From: an uncultured virus (IMG/VR IMGVR_UViG_3300016657_000021)
Lineage: Duplodnaviria; Heunggongvirae; Uroviricota; Caudoviricetes
Virus record (IMG/VR): IMGVR_UViG_3300016657_000021
Coordinates: 46,959-66,958 of that record
DNA: 20,000 nt
Direction: 5' to 3' (one strand)
The stretch's first letter is position 1. Every line of letters starts with the position of its first letter. Of this stretch, positions 15,015 to 20,000 are shown in pieces. The notes beneath the pieces are model-generated. The model saw only the letters and a list, made by a program, of their open reading frames with translations. It searched no databases and was not told where the DNA came from. The position numbers and the translations under genes are program-made.

Positions 15015-15583
15015 GTGTTCTTCTCCTTCAGCTTGGCTTCGATGAAGCGAATTGTGTCGCGCCAACCCCCTAATGCCAAAAATGCATCCCGCATTTCCTC
15101 ATCCGTCAGCCCTTGCCATTCGCGCTGTGGTGGGAGGGTGCTTGCAAGTCTTGCTAAAGCGTTTCGTAGCTGCGTCATATACCACGCAGCAATTTGTCCT
15201 GCTGACATATCCGGTTCATCTTCTGGCGCCATTGCAAGCTGAAAAGACTGATTTCCGATTGAAAAATAAATGTAGCTGTGTTTAACGAAAACATCCCACG
15301 CCACCGGCTCCGGCTTTTCTCCCTGTTGCGCGGTTTTCTCTACGCGCTGCGCGGTTTTCTCTACGCGCTGCGACGTTTTCTCTACGTCAGGCTGTTTTTC
15401 TGCGCAAACATCTACAGCGAGTCGGGCGCTGATAGCTTTGATAGAGATATCGGCAAAATCAATTGCTTGTGCGGATTCATACCATTCGATATTCCCGAGT
15501 AAGTACGCGATCTTTTGACGGCATTCCTGTAGCGCATCCAGCGCCGCCTGCAACTCGGCACGGGGGAGGGTTATGTTAGTCAT
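15011..15583 (-). CDS. Hypothetical mosaic phage protein with internal heptapeptide repeats
   Basis: RBS AAAGGAG; contains VEKTxQR x3, EPVAW and C-terminal WQGLTDEE...IEAKLKEKN segments. Confidence 0.75.
   Translation of the reverse strand: MTNITLPRAELQAALDALQECRQKIAYLLGNIEWYESAQAIDFADISIKAISARLAVDVCAEKQPDVEKTSQRVEKTAQRVEKTAQQGEKPEPVAWDVFVKHSYIYFSIGNQSFQLAMAPEDEPDMSAGQIAAWYMTQLRNALARLASTLPPQREWQGLTDEEMRDAFLALGGWRDTIRFIEAKLKEKNT
15327..15386. repeat. 21-bp in-frame tandem repeat, about 2.9 copies
   Basis: tgcgcggttttctctacgcgc at 15327-15347 and 15348-15368, partial variant at 15369-15386. Confidence 0.92.
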
Positions 15584-15783
15584 GTCTGCTCCTTTGCTTT
15601 TTTCTTATGGTTGTTTATTTCAGTCGCCCCCGCTTTAGATGCGGGCCACACATGCTGTCGCTGGTCAATCGTCAGGTCGTACCCAAAACGAACGGCATTA
15701 ATTAGCTGCGGTGTCATTGCCGTAAATTGCTTAGGGTTTGGTTGATCTGGGCAAATAGTGTAGGTGTACGGTAACTTAGCCAT
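15580..15783 (-). CDS. Hypothetical phage protein (67 aa)
   Basis: Start moved to ATG 15783 behind GGAGAAAACTA; ATGA overlap downstream. Confidence 0.7.
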   Translation of the reverse strand: MAKLPYTYTICPDQPNPKQFTAMTPQLINAVRFGYDLTIDQRQHVWPASKAGATEINNHKKKAKEQT

Positions 15784-15958
15784 TAGTTTTCTCCACAACG
15801 CAGGTTATGCGAACAGTTTTGTTTTGAATAAAGCCATACCTGCTGCATTGCTCTTGAACCTCTTTAAAGTGCCGATAGTCATCTCCAACGTGAATGACCC
15901 CAAAGATTGCAAAGATCAAACCTATCGTCATCAAAACGATATTCGCCAAGTCATCCAT
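15776..15958 (-). CDS. Small membrane protein (60 aa)
   Basis: RBS AAAGGAG; hydrophobic segment IVLMTIGLIFAIFGVI. Confidence 0.7.
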   Translation of the reverse strand: MDDLANIVLMTIGLIFAIFGVIHVGDDYRHFKEVQEQCSRYGFIQNKTVRITCVVEKTNG

Positions 15959-16187
15959 TGTTTTCTCCTTTAGCTTTGGCGAGTGCGGCTTTGGCGCGTT
16001 TAACCGGACACCATTGCTCGTCGCTTTCGCAGTCGTGGTCTTTGTGTTCTGTGTCCATCAACAGAAACCGCAAGGCATCCACCAACTCGGCATTCAGATT
16101 GTCTAACCGACGCAGTTCATTAGCGGCTCCATCGTTTAGTTCTGTTCCATCTTCAAGAACATCAGCGAACAACCTCGCTTTAGTCAT
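15951..16187 (-). CDS. Hypothetical phage protein, paralogue of 16417-16629
   Basis: AANELRRLDNLNAELVDAL...AALAKAK shared with 16417-16629. Confidence 0.75.
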   Translation of the reverse strand: MTKARLFADVLEDGTELNDGAANELRRLDNLNAELVDALRFLLMDTEHKDHDCESDEQWCPVKRAKAALAKAKGENNG

Positions 16188-16420
16188 TGCAGTTCTTCCC
16201 CTTCAGGCCGAAGTTCCATCGCGTAAATTGAGCGCGACCAGACGATATAGGTTTCCGGCAGCCCCGCATTGATTGCTGGTCGGCTGTCGAGAATTCTTTG
16301 CATACGCGCAACCTCTGCGTAAGCCCATTCAAGTTCTTCCGCTACCATCTGACGCGCAGAGATAGGCAAAGGGGTGCTGAGGTCGCGCAGTTGATTTAGT
16401 AGGTAATTTGGTTTGGTCAT
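16184..16420 (-). CDS. Hypothetical phage protein (78 aa)
   Basis: Start moved to ATG 16420 behind AAAGGAGCAGAC; ATGA overlaps at both ends. Confidence 0.7.
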   Translation of the reverse strand: MTKPNYLLNQLRDLSTPLPISARQMVAEELEWAYAEVARMQRILDSRPAINAGLPETYIVWSRSIYAMELRPEGEELQ

Positions 16421-16629
16421 GTCTGCTCCTTTGCTTTGGCGAGTGCGGCGCGGCATTTTTTAATATACGGATGGTCATCACTTAGCGCGGCTTCTAAAGC
16501 CAGCACCATTTCAGCATTCAGCGCATCCAACCGGCGAAGCTCGGCGGCTGCTTCTTTGTCCCACTTTGTTGACAGCACCATACGTTCAAGCTGGTCAGCA
16601 AGCCGCTGCGCTTTGGTTTGTTCAGTCAT
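16417..16629 (-). CDS. Hypothetical phage protein, paralogue of 15951-16187
   Basis: RBS GGAGG; AAAELRRLDALNAEMVLAL...AALAKAK. Confidence 0.75.
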   Translation of the reverse strand: MTEQTKAQRLADQLERMVLSTKWDKEAAAELRRLDALNAEMVLALEAALSDDHPYIKKCRAALAKAKEQT

Positions 16630-16775
16630 TTAGTCCTCCGTTTTCTGTTTGGCGAAGCAGCGCCGTAGCCGTCGCCGTAGCCNNNNNNNNNNNNNNNNNN
16701 NNNNNNNNNNNNNNNNNNNNNNNNNNNNCCGTAGCCGTAGCCGTCGCCGTCGCCGTAGCCGATTGGCTTAAACAT
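16626..16775 (-). CDS. Small Gly-Tyr/Gly-Asp repeat protein spanning the N gap
   Basis: Not in the track. MFKPIGYGDGDGYGYG[gap]GYGDGYGAASPNRKRRTK; TGATG overlap upstream and ATGA overlap downstream; frame is preserved across the 46 N. Confidence 0.7.
   Translation of the reverse strand: MFKPIGYGDGDGYGYXXXXXXXXXXXXXXXXGYGDGYGAASPNRKRRTK
16662..16760. repeat. Hexanucleotide microsatellite (GGCTAC/GGCGAC on the minus strand) containing a 46-N gap at 16683-16728
   Basis: gccgta and gccgtc units on both sides of the N run. Confidence 0.9.
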
Positions 16776-17173
16776 CACAGACCCCAGTCATCAGATACAG
16801 GGACGCAAAAAATCTCTGCGCCTTCTGGAATATCCACGCCGTTTGGTAACGGCTTAATGGTTACTTTCTTGTCTTTCGGATTAGCAATAACGCCATCAAA
16901 ACCGATGGACTCCCACCGGAACACCCACACAGCACGGGATAGTTTGATACGTCCGTTTTCTCGCGCTACATCGCCAGCAAAAATCCAGCCGCGATCTACC
17001 ACGATGACTGCACGAGTTCCGGCAATTGACTTTTGCGCCTGATCTGCGCGGATATATTCGACGTTGTTAATGGTGATGGTTTCGTTCATTTTGTTCTCCT
17101 GTTGATCGTTTTGCGGTGTGCATGTGTGAATCTCGGCGGGGTTGTTCTCCCCGCAGCGTGTGCATTTATTCAT
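16775..17173 (-). CDS. Phage protein resembling DUF6948 (second strong start at ATG 17089)
   Basis: VIVVDRGWIFAGDV...LSRAVWVFRW...G resembles the family usually found next to GYGDG repeats; AGGAGAACAAA precedes ATG 17089. Confidence 0.65.
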   Translation of the reverse strand: MNKCTRCGENNPAEIHTCTPQNDQQENKMNETITINNVEYIRADQAQKSIAGTRAVIVVDRGWIFAGDVARENGRIKLSRAVWVFRWESIGFDGVIANPKDKKVTIKPLPNGVDIPEGAEIFCVPVSDDWGL

Positions 17174-17384
17174 CGCATATCTCCAGTAGTTTTTTCTTTA
17201 ACCGTTCCAGATACCACAGCGCGTCAGCACCATCGGCCATACTCGATGCGAAGTATTCCTCGCCATCTTTGCCAAGCCCCACGACAACCACGCATTCCAG
17301 CTTGCCGACCGCGCTGGTCAGTACGCGATCAGGGTCAATGTCGAGGCGGGTTATTCCGCCGAAAGGTATTACGTTTTCACTCAT
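17166..17384 (-). CDS. Hypothetical phage protein
   Basis: NVIPFGGITRLDIDPDRVL...VVVGLGKDGEEYFASS...LWYLE; start at 17384 or 17390. Confidence 0.75.
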   Translation of the reverse strand: MSENVIPFGGITRLDIDPDRVLTSAVGKLECVVVVGLGKDGEEYFASSMADGADALWYLERLKKKLLEICDE

Positions 17385-17649
17385 CGTCATCCCCTAGTGC
17401 GCGGATAGCCTCAGCAAAACCCACTCCGACCAGCGCAACATTTGTCCCCATCGTTGCATCCTCACACACCTTCGCAGCACGTTCTCTCATTGCTGCGGCT
17501 CCGGATGCGTAGGCGAGGGCGGCGAAATCTGGCAGTGCGTCGATAATTGCTTCTCGGAAAAGCCTTTGCAGTTCGCTGGTCGGCGGTTCTGTCCCGATTG
17601 TTCCCGCTTCCAGCGCCCATGCCAGCACTTCATCGGTTGTTGGTTTCAT
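17377..17649 (-). CDS. Hypothetical phage protein (90 aa)
   Basis: RBS GAGGTG; FAALAY...MRERAAKVCE...AEAIRAL pattern typical of small phage accessory proteins. Confidence 0.75.
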   Translation of the reverse strand: MKPTTDEVLAWALEAGTIGTEPPTSELQRLFREAIIDALPDFAALAYASGAAAMRERAAKVCEDATMGTNVALVGVGFAEAIRALGDDDE

Positions 17650-17652
17650 CTC

Positions 17653-17739
17653 TCACCTCAACAAAAAGTACATATACGCAAGAATGCACAAAGGCATGAC
17701 GATCCACTGGCCTATGGCCTGAATAATCTCGACGGTCAT
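17653..17739 (-). CDS. Single-TM micropeptide (28 aa)
   Basis: Not in the track. MTVEIIQAIGQWIVMPLCILAYMYFLLR; GGAGG RBS, ATGA overlap, fills the gap exactly. Confidence 0.6.
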   Translation of the reverse strand: MTVEIIQAIGQWIVMPLCILAYMYFLLR

Positions 17740-18026
17740 TTCAGCACCTCCGCAGCTTTCAACTGGCCTGTCTCGCCGTCAAACGTAATGCGAATGTTTG
17801 GCTTTTTCAGTAAATCCATGAGCAAATAACCGTCGCTATCAAGGTACGCATTCCCACCAAAAACAACATCCGGCTTCGGCTCGGGCTTGATGCGGTACTG
17901 ACAACGAAGATTCCAACGAGGATCAGTACATGCGATCCACGCTTTATGGTCTACATGCCAAACTTCAATCTCCGCGCCGTCAGCCCATGCTTTAATAAGC
18001 TCTGCGTGTTTGTGTGGTTGTTTCAT
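17736..18026 (-). CDS. Hypothetical phage protein (96 aa)
   Basis: Start moved to ATG 18026 behind AAGGAGG; PHKHAELIKAWADGAEIE...W...YRIKPEPK. Confidence 0.8.
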   Translation of the reverse strand: MKQPHKHAELIKAWADGAEIEVWHVDHKAWIACTDPRWNLRCQYRIKPEPKPDVVFGGNAYLDSDGYLLMDLLKKPNIRITFDGETGQLKAAEVLK

Positions 18027-18343
18027 TTGCCTGCCTCCTTGTACGTTGCGATCATGTGGTCGAGCCAGCGATGGCGGTACTCCTGCATCAGCTTCGACTG
18101 TTTCAAGTACTTCTTCGGCACGTTGTGCTTCTCTTGCAGCCACCGACTGACGTACAGGTTCTCTCCTAATGCCTGCGTGATCTCTAAACGCACACCCGCT
18201 GCTCGAAGTCTGTCGTCTTTCGGCAAGTCACGTACCACCATAGCAATAGCTCCGCACACGCTGAGGCTCTTACCGCTTTCATACGGCTCCACTCCGTCCC
18301 ACAAGTAATTCTTGGCACGTTCTAGAATTTTGCTTGTCTTCAT
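18023..18343 (-). CDS. Hypothetical phage protein (106 aa)
   Basis: Start moved to ATG 18343 behind AAAGGGGAG; ATGA overlaps. Confidence 0.75.
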   Translation of the reverse strand: MKTSKILERAKNYLWDGVEPYESGKSLSVCGAIAMVVRDLPKDDRLRAAGVRLEITQALGENLYVSRWLQEKHNVPKKYLKQSKLMQEYRHRWLDHMIATYKEAGK

Positions 18344-18486
18344 TGCAGCTCCCCTTTCAATGTGTGTGCGATAAGTATGGCGATAGGCAGCATTGTGCCG
18401 AGCACCAGCATGAACGTGAGGAACCACATGGCGCAGCCCGTAGTGAACCGCGCCAGCCAATAGGCCGCGTTCTTGACAGGCATCAT
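18340..18486 (-). CDS. Small membrane protein (47-48 aa)
   Basis: Not in the track. MMPVKNAAYWLARFTTGCAMWFLTFMLVLGTMLPIAILIAHTLKGELQ; RBS AAAGGAG; ATGA overlap downstream. Confidence 0.65.
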   Translation of the reverse strand: MMPVKNAAYWLARFTTGCAMWFLTFMLVLGTMLPIAILIAHTLKGELQ

Positions 18487-18507
18487 TTCTCCTTTGTGGT
18501 TGTGGTA

Positions 18508-18933
18508 CTACTTGAACTCTTTGCCTTGCGCTGCGTGCCACGCGATAGAACGTGTAACTTCTTTGCTCTGCTCGAACATCTCTGCTGCGAGCTTGCGCTT
18601 AATCATCTCCTCTGTTTTCGCATCGTCCGCTGCCGCCTTCTCCGCTTGCGTGTCGATGTGCATCAGGAACAGCAGGCAGCACGCAGCATGCGCGAGGTGC
18701 GCCGCCCCGCTCTCCGGGTCTTTGGCTTGGCCTTGCTTCCACGCTTCGAGGTGTCGCATGGCTGCGTCGTAGTAGCGAGTGCGTGCATTCTCTACCTTCT
18801 GCCAGTTGTTGTCGCCGTAACGCTTAGCGCCGAACTCCAGCACATCGACCACCTGCGCCACAGTACCGGCAGGCAGCAACGACCAGCGCGGTTTGCTTGC
18901 GTCGAACTTCAGCCCTTTACTTTGGTCTTGCAT
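18508..18933 (-). CDS. dATP/dGTP diphosphohydrolase domain protein (DUF5664-like)
   Basis: Start moved to ATG 18933 behind AAGGGAG; GLKFDASKPRWSLLP...VLEFGAKRYGDNNW...YYDAAMRHL...DPESGAAHLAHAACCLLFL. Confidence 0.88.
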   Translation of the reverse strand: MQDQSKGLKFDASKPRWSLLPAGTVAQVVDVLEFGAKRYGDNNWQKVENARTRYYDAAMRHLEAWKQGQAKDPESGAAHLAHAACCLLFLMHIDTQAEKAAADDAKTEEMIKRKLAAEMFEQSKEVTRSIAWHAAQGKEFK

Positions 18934-19135
18934 TCGGATCTCCCTTGATGAGTTTGTGCATCTCGATGTAGGCATCCTTGCTGTGCTCATGCGAGTTCGC
19001 CCACACCATCTCGTACGCGATTTCGAACAATGAAACAAACTGGCGTAGCGCCTTGGCCGCTTCGTTATCTTCAGGGCCGCGAGCGTTATCGTCCAGATAC
19101 AGCGCCAGCTTCATTACCTCTTGCTTGTTTACCAC
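18917..19135 (-). CDS. Hypothetical phage protein (72 aa)
   Basis: GTG start behind GGAGAAGCATT. Confidence 0.7.
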   Translation of the reverse strand: MVNKQEVMKLALYLDDNARGPEDNEAAKALRQFVSLFEIAYEMVWANSHEHSKDAYIEMHKLIKGDPNARPK

Positions 19136-19299
19136 AATGCTTCTCCATATTCTTCCACCGTTGGTGCGGCGGGTTTGACTGCTTTCGGTTTCGGCTGGAC
19201 GATTAGCCGAAACCCCTCTTGCATTAATGACAAAGCAGCTGCCTTGGTATGAAACTTCCGCAGCAGATGCCCGTCATCATCGTACACCCAGTAGCGCAT
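19129..19299 (-). CDS. Hypothetical phage protein (56 aa)
   Basis: Not in the track. MRYWVYDDDGHLLRKFHTKAAALSLMQEGFRLIVQPKPKAVKPAAPTVEEYGEALW; TAATG overlap with the upstream stop. Confidence 0.65.
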   Translation of the reverse strand: MRYWVYDDDGHLLRKFHTKAAALSLMQEGFRLIVQPKPKAVKPAAPTVEEYGEALW

Positions 19300-19691
19300 T
19301 ACTTACACACACCCCACTGGTTGCTTCTCTTGCTTGCTTCCAGCGCTTCACCCAATACCTTTCCACGTTGTCTGTCAATGTTCGATTGCACGCGCAGCTC
19401 CTTAAGGTCTTTGTGCACACTTCCTGTTATTTTGCACGTTAGCGTAGCCATCCAGTCCAGCGTGCGTAGATCGTGTGTCTTGTCCGTGTCCCACAACCTG
19501 TCGGCCAAAGGCTTTAGATACTTGCCTACAAACGATTGAACTCTGAAGTTGTGCGCTGGCGGTTGGCGCAGGAGGCTTTTGTCGGGGGCGTGTATGCCAT
19601 ACGGTTTAAGCCAATAGTTCAGCATCCCCGTGGTCACGTCCTTTCGGAAAGCCTTGATGAGCATCGCATCGTATATGCGCTGTTTGTCCAT
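19299..19691 (-). CDS. Hypothetical phage protein (130 aa)
   Basis: RBS GGGAG; TAATG overlaps at both ends. Confidence 0.75.
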   Translation of the reverse strand: MDKQRIYDAMLIKAFRKDVTTGMLNYWLKPYGIHAPDKSLLRQPPAHNFRVQSFVGKYLKPLADRLWDTDKTHDLRTLDWMATLTCKITGSVHKDLKELRVQSNIDRQRGKVLGEALEASKRSNQWGVCK

Positions 19692-20000
19692 TACATTTCT
19701 CCCAGCATTGCCTTCAGCTTCTTGTACAGCTCGAAGGTTTGCGTAAACGACAACGTGGACAGCAGCTTGTCTGCGTCGAAAGTGTTGATAGTGAATTGCT
19801 CCGTAGCAAGGGCAGGGCGCACTGCCGGGGCAGGAGGCACGAACACAGGTGCAGCCGGTGTAGCTACAGCCTCGCCAATCTGTAGCCCTGCCAAGCCTTG
19901 CGCTTTTGCCTGCTTCACCTTCTTCATCTCCTGCCGCACAACAGCCGTGATCTTGTTCTTGGCACGCTTACGCTCCTTGCGTGCTTTCTCCAGCACAGCT
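19691..20000 (-). CDS. Hypothetical phage protein, 5' end probably outside the window
   Basis: Frame is open to the window edge; Lys/Ala/Pro-rich linker followed by a short C-terminal helical segment. Confidence 0.7.
   Translation of the reverse strand, partial: AVLEKARKERKRAKNKITAVVRQEMKKVKQAKAQGLAGLQIGEAVATPAAPVFVPPAPAVRPALATEQFTINTFDADKLLSTLSFTQTFELYKKLKAMLGEM

Larger units (their letters stand above)
15579..16449. repeat. Dispersed gene-junction direct repeats (22 bp and 17 bp)
   Basis: gtcatgtctgctcctttgcttt at 15579-15600 and 16416-16437; gctttggcgagtgcggc at 15973-15989 and 16433-16449. Confidence 0.85.

Noticed and set aside
15327..15386. Mini CRISPR array or iterons
   Set aside because: The units are contiguous with no spacers and lie in frame within a CDS.

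Overview
A 20 kb segment of a tailed dsDNA bacteriophage genome (host probably proteobacterial; inference), with essentially all real genes on the minus strand. Positions 1-14000 are a DNA replication and recombination module: primase-helicase (AEP plus DUF927-type ATPase, running off the window), HTH protein, tRNA-Gly(TCC), SPFH lipoprotein, SSB-like protein, a DUF2829/Tad2-like anti-defence protein, SNF2-type helicase, Cas4-like nuclease, family A DNA polymerase and VRR-NUC nuclease, interspersed with several HNH-type endonuclease genes. Positions 14000-20000 are a run of small, tightly coupled accessory genes. The main finding is a 298-aa intein in motif B of the polymerase (9926-10819). 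Its central region carries no recognisable in-frame endonuclease. Instead, a complete HNH-like homing endonuclease gene (9948-10727) is nested on the same strand in a different reading frame, and both frames are open throughout. Secondary findings are reconstructable endonuclease insertion junctions, two candidate structured RNAs, a promoter/operator, gene-junction repeats and a Gly-Tyr/Gly-Asp repeat peptide spanning an N gap. All family assignments come from motif recognition by eye, not from database searches.
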